A stretch of DNA of 64,000 nt from Acidimicrobiia bacterium (GTDB lineage Bacteria; Actinomycetota; Acidimicrobiia; IMCC26256; JAGNEX01). The position numbers and the translations under genes were made by a program. The stretch lies in the NCBI GenBank assembly GCA_018003035.1, contig JAGNEX010000004.1, positions 651 through 64,650 of the forward strand, in the 5' to 3' direction. Every line of letters begins with the position of its first letter. Position 1 is the stretch's first letter. The notes beneath the pieces are model-generated. The model was not told where the DNA came from. It did no database searches and worked only from the letters and a program-made list of their open reading frames with translations. Shown here piece after piece: positions 44,395 through 54,524 of the stretch.

Positions 44395-45477
44395 CTAGAC
44401 CCCGATCAGCGCGGCCGACAGCACTGCTGCCATCGCCTGATATCCCTTGGCATTTGGATGGAACGACGAACCCGGGTCGGGCAGCAGCGTGTACCCATTG
44501 TGATAGGGGTCCTCGGTACACAGCTCGTGGCCCTGATCAGCGCTTCCAACCTCGACATAGCGCACACCAGCAGCAGCAGCCGCGCGCTTGACCACCGAGT
44601 TGATCTCGGCCATCTCGCGGGCAACCCAATCCATCTCTTTACGTGTCCAACCAGCAGCGGCGGGACATTCGGTTGCAGCGTCTTCGGTGAGCGGCGCGAA
44701 CTCGGCGTATCCAAAGACGACGATGGTCGCGTTCGGGGCGGCCGCCTTCACCGCGTTGTACGCGTCGGTCAATGCTGGTTCGATCGATTTGATCCGGTCG
44801 CTCATGATGTCGGTTCCGTCTTGGTTGGCGAACTCTTCACAATCTTCGAGGATCGAACACCCGATGACCGCTTCGGTCCATCCGACATCGTTTCCGCCGA
44901 TCGAAAGGGTCACAAGGTCGACAGAGCCATCGAGGGCGGCAATTTGGGCTGGCCCTTTGTCGCCGTAAGGTTCGGTGATGTGGCGGATTTTGGCGCCAGC
45001 GCAAGCGACCGATTCGACCTCGGTAGGTGCAATGGCTTCGATCGACTTGGCGAACAGGAAGGGGTAGGCGTTCGACGAACGAGCGCAGCCTCCGAGTAGG
45101 TCATAGGGCGGCGCGCCGGTACCGGAACTGTACGAATCGCCAAGCGCCACATACTTGATGACACCATCGCCATTACGGTCCGCCACAGCACCCCCCGTTC
45201 CGCCCCCTGCAGGCGGCTTACTCGTCGGCGGAGTGGTCGTTTGAACCGTTGTTTGGGGCGAATCTGTGGTCGAGGTTCCCTTTGAACCCACCGTTGTCGT
45301 AGTCGTCGTGCTGTGTGGCACCGTGGGCAGCACGACGGTGGGCTGACTCGTCGGGGTTACCACCTGATCGCTGTCCTTGGAAGCCCGGCTCGCCATCCAA
45401 CCGATGACACCACCGATCAGCAGAGCCGCCACGACGGCGGCCACGATCACCGTGGTCTTCTGGTTTGAATCAGACAT
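44395..45477 (-). CDS. secreted/anchored SGNH (GDSL) hydrolase
   Basis: 360-aa ORF. N-terminal TM, Thr-rich linker, block I YVALGDSYSSG, block III LSIGGND. Confidence 0.85.
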   Translation of the reverse strand: MSDSNQKTTVIVAAVVAALLIGGVIGWMASRASKDSDQVVTPTSQPTVVLPTVPHSTTTTTTVGSKGTSTTDSPQTTVQTTTPPTSKPPAGGGTGGAVADRNGDGVIKYVALGDSYSSGTGAPPYDLLGGCARSSNAYPFLFAKSIEAIAPTEVESVACAGAKIRHITEPYGDKGPAQIAALDGSVDLVTLSIGGNDVGWTEAVIGCSILEDCEEFANQDGTDIMSDRIKSIEPALTDAYNAVKAAAPNATIVVFGYAEFAPLTEDAATECPAAAGWTRKEMDWVAREMAEINSVVKRAAAAAGVRYVEVGSADQGHELCTEDPYHNGYTLLPDPGSSFHPNAKGYQAMAAVLSAALIGV

Positions 45478-45774
45478 TCAGGCCTCTCACATTTTCATTG
45501 TTCGGACGGGTCTGGACTCGGGCGGTCTGGCCGGGTCGGGGTCACACCGAAACCAAAGTGAGCAACCGAGAAGGCCACACCAACTCACATCAAGACGCAG
45601 CAGGGGACCCAAACGGTGTTCTCTTGATTCATCACGGCAAACGGCTCAACCCACCGTCGCGCATACCCGAGGCAAAAGATTTTCGCTTCGAGAAAGCAAC
45701 CTCCGGGGCGACGGCCAACCGGCAACGGTCTGTGTGTCACAGGCCAAACGCAGTGAAACCGACGCCGAGATAGT

Positions 45775-47169
45775 GTGCCCGGCATGGATACACCTTGGTT
45801 GGGGGACGCCTGCTCGTTGGTCGACGCGTTTCGCGCTGGCACCAGACATCCTGTCGAAGAACTGACCGCTTGTCTGGACGCGATCGATCGCTCCGAATGT
45901 AATGCCTTTGACTTCATCGATCGCGAACCCGCCTTGACCGCGGCACGCAACGCCAACGTCGATCTGCCCTTTGGCGGGGTGCCGATCGGGATCAAAGACC
46001 TCTTCCCCGTGGCGGGGTGGCCCTATACCGAAGCATCGTTGGTCTTTGCAGACAGGATTTCGGACCATACGGGGACCGTCACCGAACGCGTTATCGCAAG
46101 CGGCGCGGTCCCGATCGGATCGACAACCTCGAGCGAGTTCGGCGGCATCAACTGCACCAGCACGAAGCTCAATGGCGACACACACAACCCATGGCAATTC
46201 GGGAAAACGCCAGGCGGTTCTTCGGGCGGTTCGGCCGCGGCTGTCGCTGCGGGCCTGGTACCCATCGCATCGGGTGGTGACGGCGGCGGGTCGATCCGCA
46301 TACCAGCTGGATTCACCGGTCTGGTGGGACTCAAAGCCACCTTTGGCCGCATCCCCAGGGGCCCTCACACCGAGGTCAACCCTCTCACCGTCTGTTTCGG
46401 AGCGCTGACCCGCAGCGTGCGCGACACTGCCCGATTCTTTGACAACACCAACGGTCACGACCCAACCGACCCCAACAGCCTTCCCAAAGTCGGCGGCTGG
46501 GAGTCGCGCCTCGGCACGCTGGACCTGGCCGGCGCAACGGTTGCCGTCGTCCCCGATCTTGGTGCGGCACGTGTCAGCGCCGAGGTGGCTGGCCGAATCG
46601 AGACCGCCGCAGACGTCTTAATTCGCGCAGTCGGACTCAAGCGCGTCGATCTGCCCATCGAGTTCCCAGCGGTGAGCATGGAATGGACGCTGGCAAACCT
46701 TGTGATTCTGCGCGGCGTGCTCGGAGACCTCTATCCAGCGTGCGAATCAGAACTGACCGACGAGATTGCCTTCGCGCTGCGCCTCGGAGAGATAGCGTTC
46801 GACCTCAACGTTGCCGCCAGAGTGGAAGTCCAGCGCGCGGCCTTGAACGACCGGATGGCGCAGTTGCTCTCCGAGGTCGACTTCATCATCGGAGCGACCA
46901 ACCCCGACGTTGCGTTCAGCGCGAGTGGACCGCTGCCAACCACAGTGGACGGGTTAAGCGTCGGGCTCGGCAACAACGGGGCGTTGACGATCCCCTCAAA
47001 CATTCACGGTAACCCGGCGATCTCGGTCCCCGCGGGTACCGTGAACGGGTTGCCCGTTGGGATGCAGATCATCTCCCAGCATTTCGCCGAGGAACGGTTG
47101 CTGTCGCTGGCACGATCGCTGGAGCTTGAGATGCCCTGGCCGCTCGTGGCAGCCAACGCGCCCTGCTGA
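45775..47169 (+). CDS. amidase (amidase-signature family)
   Basis: 464-aa ORF. GVPIGIKDLF and the Gly/Ser-rich signature GGSSGGSAAAVAAG. Confidence 0.9.
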   Translation: MPGMDTPWLGDACSLVDAFRAGTRHPVEELTACLDAIDRSECNAFDFIDREPALTAARNANVDLPFGGVPIGIKDLFPVAGWPYTEASLVFADRISDHTGTVTERVIASGAVPIGSTTSSEFGGINCTSTKLNGDTHNPWQFGKTPGGSSGGSAAAVAAGLVPIASGGDGGGSIRIPAGFTGLVGLKATFGRIPRGPHTEVNPLTVCFGALTRSVRDTARFFDNTNGHDPTDPNSLPKVGGWESRLGTLDLAGATVAVVPDLGAARVSAEVAGRIETAADVLIRAVGLKRVDLPIEFPAVSMEWTLANLVILRGVLGDLYPACESELTDEIAFALRLGEIAFDLNVAARVEVQRAALNDRMAQLLSEVDFIIGATNPDVAFSASGPLPTTVDGLSVGLGNNGALTIPSNIHGNPAISVPAGTVNGLPVGMQIISQHFAEERLLSLARSLELEMPWPLVAANAPC

Positions 47170-47241
47170 GTGACCGGCGCCCGCGTCCAGCGCAACTGGC
47201 CATCAAAATCCGATGACGTCAGAACTCCGGTGTCATGCGGC

Positions 47242-47457
47242 TCAGATGCCGTCCTCAGCGACCTCGATATCCCAGCGTTCCAAACAGCTCCGGCATCGGT
47301 AGGCGACGATCGAACCGACCGGTGCCATGGCGCGGGGTTCGGTGAATGTGATCAGCCCGGCTTCATCCCCACAGTCGACGCAGATGATCCGTTCCGCAAT
47401 TCGCACGAGCTCTGCGTCGAAAGGACGGTTGTCGGCGTCCGATCCGGAAAAGGTCAT
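47242..47457 (-). CDS. small zinc-ribbon-like protein (CxxC ... CxxC)
   Basis: MTFSGSD...IICVDCGDEAG...YRCRSCLERWDIEV. Start taken at the ATG at 47457 to avoid overlap with the upstream lipoprotein gene. Confidence 0.45.
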   Translation of the reverse strand: MTFSGSDADNRPFDAELVRIAERIICVDCGDEAGLITFTEPRAMAPVGSIVAYRCRSCLERWDIEVAEDGI

Positions 47458-47470
47458 GGGAGCCGGCCGA

Positions 47471-47974
47471 TCAACCCTCGTCGTCGCTGGCGGTGACACC
47501 CGCCGGCGCGGTCAGGGGCGCGCCAGGCGAACCTGCAGAGAGGGTCAAGATCCCGCCGCGCAGAGTGCCGGCAAGCTGGATCTCTTCGGGAACCCAAAAG
47601 TCGGTGTCTTGGTTCTTGAAATCCGGGAAGTCTTTGATCTGAACGATGTCGATGTTGATCTCGGCGCCATCGCATTGCGGCGGGTCGTCGTCGGTGAAGC
47701 CCTCGCACAACGATGCGGAGCGTCCGGCTTCGCTCTTGAGAAAGCCTCGAACCGCTACCACCCCATTTGAGTTCTTCAGTCGCAGGGCATCGTCGACGCC
47801 GATCGACTGGTCCGAGATCTGCACCTTGAAACTTGGGAGCGTCTCGTCGTCCTTGCCGCCATTGGCTGACCCGCAGGCCGTAGCGAGAGACGCGACGACG
47901 AGCGCTAGTCCCAGCGGGCGGACTGACCGGCTCAGCAGGCAGCGAAACGTGGACGAACTCGGGAAGGTTGACAC
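47471..47974 (-). CDS. putative lipoprotein
   Basis: 167-aa ORF with a signal peptide and lipobox (LALVVASLATAC|GS). No family recognised. Confidence 0.65.
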   Translation of the reverse strand: MSTFPSSSTFRCLLSRSVRPLGLALVVASLATACGSANGGKDDETLPSFKVQISDQSIGVDDALRLKNSNGVVAVRGFLKSEAGRSASLCEGFTDDDPPQCDGAEINIDIVQIKDFPDFKNQDTDFWVPEEIQLAGTLRGGILTLSAGSPGAPLTAPAGVTASDDEG

Positions 47975-48112
47975 GCCGCGAAAACTAGCACCCGACCCTC
48001 AAAAGCGAAGGCGATCCGGCCCCAGAATGTGCGTTGTTGGAGCACTGGCACATGCCAAGGGCCGTACGCCGGACCAGCGCGAACCCGCTCCAAATACCCG
48101 AGGCTTGGGACG

Positions 48113-48709
48113 TCAATCTGTAAAGGCAGCAACCTCGTCGAGCAGCCGTCCCAGGCGGGCAACGAGCAGCGACCCAGGCGCAGCCGCATCGAGCGTCGCT
48201 AGCACCGAACGGTGAAACCACAACTGGCTCTCCCGCCCCATGGTGAACTGCGACCAGGCGCCCGAACCGAACGCGTGTAGATCGGAAAGGGTCGCCGAGA
48301 GATTCCAAATTTTGTCCGCTGCGGTAACCCGGACGATGCCAATGTGAGGCATCGACGCTGCCAGTCGATCCAAATAGGCGGTCTTTCGCTCGCGCCACGG
48401 CGGCTTCGGGTCCGTTTTGGTGTCGCTGCACACATCGACGATATAGGCAACCTCTGAACCATAACGGTGCTCAATGTCAGCCAGACGGAAGGCGCCGCCA
48501 GCATCTTCGACCGCATCGTGAAGCAAAGCCGCTATCACCTCGGCCTCGGATCCACCGTCGTCCACCACCAGTGCCGCGACCCCCAAGAGGTGGCCGATGT
48601 AGGCCGGCGCCCCCGACTTTCTCCCCTGCGCTCCATGCACGGCATGCGCATAGGAAAAGGCATCATCCAATTGTCCAGAGAACCATTGCATGGGTGGACG
48701 CTCTGTCAC
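48113..48709 (-). CDS. stand-alone HD-domain protein, RelA/SpoT-hydrolase-like (candidate small alarmone hydrolase)
   Basis: 198-aa ORF. AHAVHGAQGRKSGAPAYIGHLLGVAALV ... IAALLHDAVEDAG ... YGSEVAYIV. The HD...ED pattern matches (p)ppGpp hydrolase domains. Confidence 0.75.
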   Translation of the reverse strand: MTERPPMQWFSGQLDDAFSYAHAVHGAQGRKSGAPAYIGHLLGVAALVVDDGGSEAEVIAALLHDAVEDAGGAFRLADIEHRYGSEVAYIVDVCSDTKTDPKPPWRERKTAYLDRLAASMPHIGIVRVTAADKIWNLSATLSDLHAFGSGAWSQFTMGRESQLWFHRSVLATLDAAAPGSLLVARLGRLLDEVAAFTD

Positions 48710-48874
48710 GTCGCTCCTCGGGTCCTTCGACCGCTGCTCTCGGTCACGTCAAAAAACTTTGCACCGGGAAGTTGGCGTACCACGGCTTGGTGCCCTGCCG
48801 CCCACACAACGCTCATTTAGCCCGACGCAGAGCCCGGTCGAAAGGTCTGTTGACCGAGCGATAGTCTGCCCGCC

Positions 48875-49909
48875 ATGACTCGACTCATCTCCCTCTTGGC
48901 CGCGCTCTTGCTCGTTACCGCAGCGTGCGGGTCCGACGACGCAAAGTCGGGCGAAACGACCACATCCCAGTCGGGGACCGCAACGACCGTCGAAGGCCAG
49001 ACCACGACCAGCGCCACGCAGGATGACACCGGGTCGACAGCAGCCGAGTCAGACGAAACCACGACAACCGATGCCGGCGGGCCGACCACCACCGCGGCGG
49101 TCAACGCCGAAATCGACATGAATGTCACCGACACCGGGGCCGAACCGCGCCAAGTTCTGAGGTACGACTTCAAGGCCGGCGTGCGCAACGTCACCACCGT
49201 GATGGACGCGTCCGCCTCACAGACGGTCGATGGCACACCAGTCCGCGAGCAGGCCAGCCCGACCCAGACGGTGAACGCAGTTCAAGAGATCACCGAAGTC
49301 AACGATGGGACGGCAACGGCGACTCAGACGATCAACGAGATCCTCTTCGATGGCAAAGCGCCAACCGGGGAACTCAAAACCAAAGCCGACCAGGCAATGG
49401 CGCGTCCCGTTGAAGTGAAGTTCGCCTCCGATGGCACACCCGAGATCATCTCGCCTAAGAGTCAGCAGGAACAGGCTGCTGCGGCCACCTCGGTCAACAT
49501 TCAAGGCGACACCGTGACGAAGTTCCCCGAAGAGGCCGTAGGCGTTGGCGCTACTTGGGAGGTCAACACCAAGATCACTTCGCAGGGTCTCGTGTTGGAC
49601 AACAAGGTGACCTACACGCTTACAAAGATCGACGGGAACCTGGTCACCATCGAATCGGTCGGCGAAGCGACGGTTCCCAAGGGGACCGAACTGCCACCGC
49701 AAGAAGGCTCCGCGGCCACGGGCACTATCGAAGAATTTGGCCAGCGCGTTGAGGCCACCGAGATCTACGACTTGTCCTGGCCTTGGCCGATCGAAAAGAC
49801 GACGTCGTCAACCGCCCGCCAATTCATTCGAGTCACCCAGAACGGCACCACTGCGGTGGCCGGCGTCGAGCAGAAGCAGACTGCAGAACTCACCAGCGAC
49901 GCAGGGTAG
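48875..49909 (+). CDS. putative lipoprotein, Thr-rich linker
   Basis: 344-aa ORF with a signal peptide and lipobox (LLAALLLVTAAC|GS). No family recognised. Confidence 0.7.
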   Translation: MTRLISLLAALLLVTAACGSDDAKSGETTTSQSGTATTVEGQTTTSATQDDTGSTAAESDETTTTDAGGPTTTAAVNAEIDMNVTDTGAEPRQVLRYDFKAGVRNVTTVMDASASQTVDGTPVREQASPTQTVNAVQEITEVNDGTATATQTINEILFDGKAPTGELKTKADQAMARPVEVKFASDGTPEIISPKSQQEQAAAATSVNIQGDTVTKFPEEAVGVGATWEVNTKITSQGLVLDNKVTYTLTKIDGNLVTIESVGEATVPKGTELPPQEGSAATGTIEEFGQRVEATEIYDLSWPWPIEKTTSSTARQFIRVTQNGTTAVAGVEQKQTAELTSDAG

Positions 49910-50154
49910 CGAGCGTTCAGTGCGCTCGCACTGGACGACAAACGAGCGGCATCTCGAGCGAGCGTGTCAGCCCCGGAACTTGAACCCCCGGGGAGAGCAA
50001 TGGCTGACGCGCCCGACTCGGCGGAAGCCCTAGGCTGTCCGCACCCGAAACCGACGGCCGGTCGCTGCCTTGCCCGAAGGCAGTCGCACGCATGCTTTGA
50101 TCTGCCCGGTTTCGCCCATTTCAGCGAAGCCCGACCGATCAGGAGCCAACAACC

Positions 50155-51414
50155 GTGACCGTGGCCGATCTAACCGCCGAAGATGTCAGAGCCGAAGTAA
50201 AGGCCTGGATCGACCAGAATTGGGATCCAGATCTGACCGTTGGACAATGGTGGGAGTTGCTTGCGGGCGGAGGCTGGTGCGCCCCAACGTGGCCGGAAGA
50301 ATGGTACGGCCGGGGCTATACCCGGGACCTGGGCAACGTGGTCTTCGATGAACTGCGCGCGGCCAACGTCATCGGCCCGCCGCTCGGCCTTGGTCTGGTG
50401 CTCGCAGGGCCGACCATCCTCACCCACGGAACCGACGAACAGAAACGACGGTACCTATGGCCGATCGTGACCGGCCAAGAGGCCTGGTGTCAGCTCTTTA
50501 GCGAGCCCGGTGCGGGAAGCGACCTGGCGAGCGTCGCATGCCGGGCGGACGCTGACGAAGAGGGATGGACCGTCAACGGTCAGAAGGTGTGGACCTCGGG
50601 TGGGCAGTTCGCCGAACTCGGCATGCTGATGGCACGCACCGACGCCAACCTTCCCAAGCACCAGGGCATCTCCTACTTTGCCTTCGAGATGCAACAGCCC
50701 GGCGTCGAGGTGCGCCCTCTGAAAGAAATGACTGGCCGAGCGCTGTTTAACGAAGTGTTCATGACCGATTGTCGGGTCAGCACCGACCAGCTCATCGGCG
50801 GACTGGGTAACGGGTGGAAGGTCGCTAACACCACCCTGATGTTCGAGCGCACCGGTCTCGGGGCTGGCGGCCAGGGTGGAATGGGCCAGGTCGCACCCGG
50901 ATCAATTGCGGGAATGCTCGACAAACGCGTCGGCGACCAGGTCGGACGCTCCTCTGGACCCGTCATGGGCGTCGGCCGGGACCCCGCCAAAGCCTTTGCA
51001 GCGTTGGCGCAAAGCCGCGGGGTCAACGACACCATCACCCGACAGATGTTGGCGCAGCTCCACACGCTGACCGAGATCGGCCGTTACACCCAGCTCCGGG
51101 CGAAAGCCGCTCAGCTCGCAGGAAAGAAGCCGGGACCCGAATCGAGTACCGGCAAGTTGCTGATGTCCAACATCGTCCGGTTATCCCGCGAAACGGGGCT
51201 CCGGATCCTGGGCGCCGACGCCATGCTGAACGGACCCGACGCCCCCTTCGGTGGGCGGATCCAAGAGATGGCGCTATTCAGCCCCGCCCCATCGATCTAC
51301 GGGGGCTCGGACCAGATCCAGCGCAACATCATCGGTGAGCGAGTGCTGGGACTCCCCCGCGAGCCAAGCACCGACCGTGACGTGCCGTTCAAGGAACTTC
51401 GCCTGTCTCGCTAG
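50155..51414 (+). CDS. acyl-CoA dehydrogenase family protein
   Basis: 419-aa ORF with a GTG start preceded by AGGAG. WPEEWYGRGY, SEPGAGSDLAS, GQKVWTSG, YGGSDQIQRNIIGERVLGLP. Confidence 0.9.
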   Translation: MTVADLTAEDVRAEVKAWIDQNWDPDLTVGQWWELLAGGGWCAPTWPEEWYGRGYTRDLGNVVFDELRAANVIGPPLGLGLVLAGPTILTHGTDEQKRRYLWPIVTGQEAWCQLFSEPGAGSDLASVACRADADEEGWTVNGQKVWTSGGQFAELGMLMARTDANLPKHQGISYFAFEMQQPGVEVRPLKEMTGRALFNEVFMTDCRVSTDQLIGGLGNGWKVANTTLMFERTGLGAGGQGGMGQVAPGSIAGMLDKRVGDQVGRSSGPVMGVGRDPAKAFAALAQSRGVNDTITRQMLAQLHTLTEIGRYTQLRAKAAQLAGKKPGPESSTGKLLMSNIVRLSRETGLRILGADAMLNGPDAPFGGRIQEMALFSPAPSIYGGSDQIQRNIIGERVLGLPREPSTDRDVPFKELRLSR

Positions 51415-51424
51415 AAGCGTTTGG

Positions 51425-51453
51425 CCGGACGGTCGCCTGCGCTGGCCGTCCGG
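51425..51453 (+). terminator. 8-bp GC-rich hairpin followed by GTTT, 10 nt after the acyl-CoA dehydrogenase stop
   Basis: ccggacgg (51425-51432) pairs with ccgtccgg (51446-51453), with a 13-nt loop, then gtttgcc. The U-tract is weak. Confidence 0.3.
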
Positions 51454-51576
51454 GTTTGCCGAGGACCGACGATCCGCGGTGCTGTCGTCGGCCGAACCGG
51501 CGGTCAGAGCGCGTTTTACTTCTGGCCGCCGATACAGGCGTCTACGCAGCGATTTCGTACGCCCGCCCGGGCGGTT

Positions 51577-52971
51577 TCACGCCACCCCGCAGAACGCGGC
51601 CATGAAGGCTGCGTACGTCGAAACGTCGACAGTCGCCATGAGCTCGCGCGCTGAATGCATGGACAGTTGCGGGGCGCCAATGTCGAATGCAGGAACGCCG
51701 AGACGCGCTGCGACAGCCGGTCCGACGGTGGAGCCGCAAGCCATGTCGTTTCGCATGACGAAACGCTGAAGTGGCAGGCCTGCGCTCGCAGCGAGGTCGG
51801 AAGCGAAAGCGCTTGACGCTCCGTCTGTCGTGTACCGCTGCGAGGCATTGAACTTCAGCACGGGTCCCCCGCCTGGGATGATCTGATGATGCGGGTCGTG
51901 TAGGTCGGGCCGCGCTGGATGCGTGGCATGCGCCATATCGGCAGAACACAACCATGAATTGGCGACCGCTATTTCGAAGTCCTCCGAGGACACGCCGATG
52001 CTCCTCAGCGCCCGGCGCACTACCAGGTTGAGGAATTCGCTGTCGGCGCCGACATCTGACACCGAGCCAACCTCCTCGTGATCAAAAAGCGCGACGATCA
52101 CGCCCACCCCGCCTGCACCGCCTTTCGCCGCGTGACTGACGATGGCTTCGAGCGCGCTCCAGCTGGAACAGAGATTGTCGAGCCTGGGCGCCGACAAGAG
52201 GTCCCGGTCTGCGCCGATCAGTTCCGAGATCGCAGCGTCGACCAGCATGACGTCAAAGCCAGTGACGGCATCCGGCTGCACGCCCGCATCCTCGGCGAGG
52301 AGGCCGACGACGTCGACCGGCGGGATCAACCCGGTCACTCCAACGGTGTCGACTTGTGCGTTCGTGCGCATTTCGACGTTGACTTGCCGATCGAGGTGCA
52401 CAGCGACCGAGGGGATCTGCACCAGTGCCGTCGAGGAGTCGACCAGCGACGACTGCGCCTCGCCCGACGCGAAGATCCGCCCAGCGACCCGAAGCGGACG
52501 GTTCATCCACGTATGCAGAATGGGGCTGCCATAGACCTCGACATGCAGGGTGGACCAACCGCAGCTCATGGCTGCTGAACGCGGTTTGAGTCGCAGGCCG
52601 GGGCTGTCGGTATGTGCGGCGATGATGCGCAGGCCCGACGTTGGTTCCCAGTCATCCGGTAGCGACCAGGCAACCAACGTCCCTCCGCGCGGCACGTACC
52701 CACGCCGGACTGGCGACCGCCACGGCTCGGTGAGGTCGCATTCAGAAAACCCGCCCCCAGCGAGTCGCCGACTCGCGTTATACACAGCGTGGTAAGGCGT
52801 CGGGCAAGCGTCGATCCACTCCCCTAGCTCTGCGGCTCTAGCGACCTGCCACGGGCCGGGAACCTCGCCCTCTTCGGTCGACACGTTCGGCTGAGCTACG
52901 CCGATGTCGGTCAAATCGTTGCCAGCTGGCTTCGGGCTCATCGCGGCCTCCTCACTCACCGTTTCAGACAC
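51577..52971 (-). CDS. M18-family aspartyl aminopeptidase
   Basis: 464-aa ORF. IIAAHTDSPGLRLKP, FDHEEVGS, MAHATHP. Confidence 0.9.
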   Translation of the reverse strand: MSETVSEEAAMSPKPAGNDLTDIGVAQPNVSTEEGEVPGPWQVARAAELGEWIDACPTPYHAVYNASRRLAGGGFSECDLTEPWRSPVRRGYVPRGGTLVAWSLPDDWEPTSGLRIIAAHTDSPGLRLKPRSAAMSCGWSTLHVEVYGSPILHTWMNRPLRVAGRIFASGEAQSSLVDSSTALVQIPSVAVHLDRQVNVEMRTNAQVDTVGVTGLIPPVDVVGLLAEDAGVQPDAVTGFDVMLVDAAISELIGADRDLLSAPRLDNLCSSWSALEAIVSHAAKGGAGGVGVIVALFDHEEVGSVSDVGADSEFLNLVVRRALRSIGVSSEDFEIAVANSWLCSADMAHATHPARPDLHDPHHQIIPGGGPVLKFNASQRYTTDGASSAFASDLAASAGLPLQRFVMRNDMACGSTVGPAVAARLGVPAFDIGAPQLSMHSARELMATVDVSTYAAFMAAFCGVA

Positions 52972-53102
52972 GACCTTAGGCGCCCACCTCGGAGCTGGCC
53001 GGTGTACCCACGCGACCGGCTCAGCTCCCTGGGCCCGCAGTGTTGAGAACGGACCGGTCTGGGCGACCGTCCCTCGGTCAAGCCGGGTACGGTTGGCCGA
53101 TC

Positions 53103-54524
53103 ATGGCGCACGATCGCACGCAGCTACCGGGCCGAGCACGGCGTCGAGACATCCCGTCGCCGACGACGGACACGGAAACGCTCGGCCGTTTGAGTCGAAT
53201 CGTTGGCGACGCAAATGTGCTGATCGATCCGGCCGTTACAACCGCGTACGCCACCGACTGGACTCAACGCTGGCGGAGTCGTGACATCGTCGTGGTACGG
53301 CCCGGGAGTGCCAGAGAAGCCGTCGAATGCCTACGGGTCGCGGGGGCGACGGATTGGCCGGTCCAGTTGCAGGGCGGCAACACCGGCCTTGTCGGCGGAT
53401 CCCATCCGTTGGACCGGACCCTACTCATCAGCACGTCGCGTTTGCGTCGACTCGACCTTGACAACGCGTCGGATGGATTCGTCGTCGCCGACGCGGGCGT
53501 CACCCTGGCCGAGATGCAACAGGCGGTACGGCCGCTTGGCTGGGATCCGGGTATCGACATGGCCTCACGCGACTTGGCGACCGTTGGGGGGATGGTGGCA
53601 ACCAATGCCGGAGGCGTGAGCGTTCTTGCACACGGGATGACGGCCGCCCGCGCGGTGTCCGCGGAGGTTTTCTCCGTGATCGGCGACCCGATCTCGACCC
53701 TCCATCCCTTGATCAAAGACAACGCTGGACCACGCTTGGATCGGCTGCTGATCGGGTCCGAAGGAACGCTTGGGATGATCACGAAGGTGGCGTGGCGTCT
53801 GGTCCCCTGGCTGCCGTCGAGGTTGACCGTGGCCGTGCCCTTCGCTGACCTTGCGGACGCGGTGGCCTTCGTGCGCGACGCGCGACGCCTCCCCGGTCTG
53901 ATCGCTGCTGAGGCGTGGGACCAGACAACGTCTCAACTCGCCGGTCGAGCCGTGGGCAATCGTGCCGCCGCCGCTTCGTCGCCAGGGTGGACGGTCCTTG
54001 CGGAGTACGCATCAGGCCAGGTCGACGAGCAGATGTTGGCGCCGATCGCTCACTGGTTAGACGATGCCGTCGTTGCGACGGATGGCCCCGGCCGGCGGCG
54101 GCTGTGGGCAGTCCGAGAAGACGCTCCCCTAGCGCTCACCCGACTGGGCGTTCCAGTGAAGGCCGATATCAGCCTGCCACTCGCCGGCCTGGCAAAGACG
54201 GCGAATGAATTGCGCCGCAGTCTGGCCGCGGCCGAGCCCGACTGGCTGCTCGCGATGTTCGGGCATTTGGGCGACGGCAATCTTCACCTGAACGCGGTCG
54301 GCGATGGTTCAGACAACGCGGAGCGCGCCGAACGGTTCCTGAACACTGCGTTGGAAGCCGTGTTGGAACTGGGCGGTGCGGTGAGCGCCGAACACGGGCT
54401 CGGACGAGCAAAGGCCCAGTACCTCGCGGCCGCCCGGCCCGCTGAGGAACCCTGGCTTCGCCGCCTCAAGGACACCTTTGACCCGGACGGTCGACTCAAC
54501 CAGGGTGTCTTAGGCCTGGGCTGA
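53103..54524 (+). CDS. FAD-linked oxidase (GlcD/D-lactate dehydrogenase-like)
   Basis: FAD_binding_4-type QLQGGNTGLVGGS and C-terminal SAEHGLGRAK. ATG at 53103 (MAHDRT); the track ORF starts at 53040. Confidence 0.85.
   Translation: MAHDRTQLPGRARRRDIPSPTTDTETLGRLSRIVGDANVLIDPAVTTAYATDWTQRWRSRDIVVVRPGSAREAVECLRVAGATDWPVQLQGGNTGLVGGSHPLDRTLLISTSRLRRLDLDNASDGFVVADAGVTLAEMQQAVRPLGWDPGIDMASRDLATVGGMVATNAGGVSVLAHGMTAARAVSAEVFSVIGDPISTLHPLIKDNAGPRLDRLLIGSEGTLGMITKVAWRLVPWLPSRLTVAVPFADLADAVAFVRDARRLPGLIAAEAWDQTTSQLAGRAVGNRAAAASSPGWTVLAEYASGQVDEQMLAPIAHWLDDAVVATDGPGRRRLWAVREDAPLALTRLGVPVKADISLPLAGLAKTANELRRSLAAAEPDWLLAMFGHLGDGNLHLNAVGDGSDNAERAERFLNTALEAVLELGGAVSAEHGLGRAKAQYLAAARPAEEPWLRRLKDTFDPDGRLNQGVLGLG

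Noticed and set aside
45478-45774. Possible riboswitch/leader in the 297-nt region upstream of the amidase gene
   Set aside because: I could not match it to any riboswitch consensus I know (TPP, SAM, FMN, cobalamin, ZTP, guanidine, glycine), and it has no striking conserved-looking helices. It is probably just divergent promoters for the SGNH hydrolase and amidase genes.
45646-46458. 270-aa minus-strand ORF overlapping the amidase gene
   Set aside because: It is antisense to a gene with a clear amidase signature (GGSSGGSAAAVAAG). Its translation is low-complexity Arg/Gly-rich.
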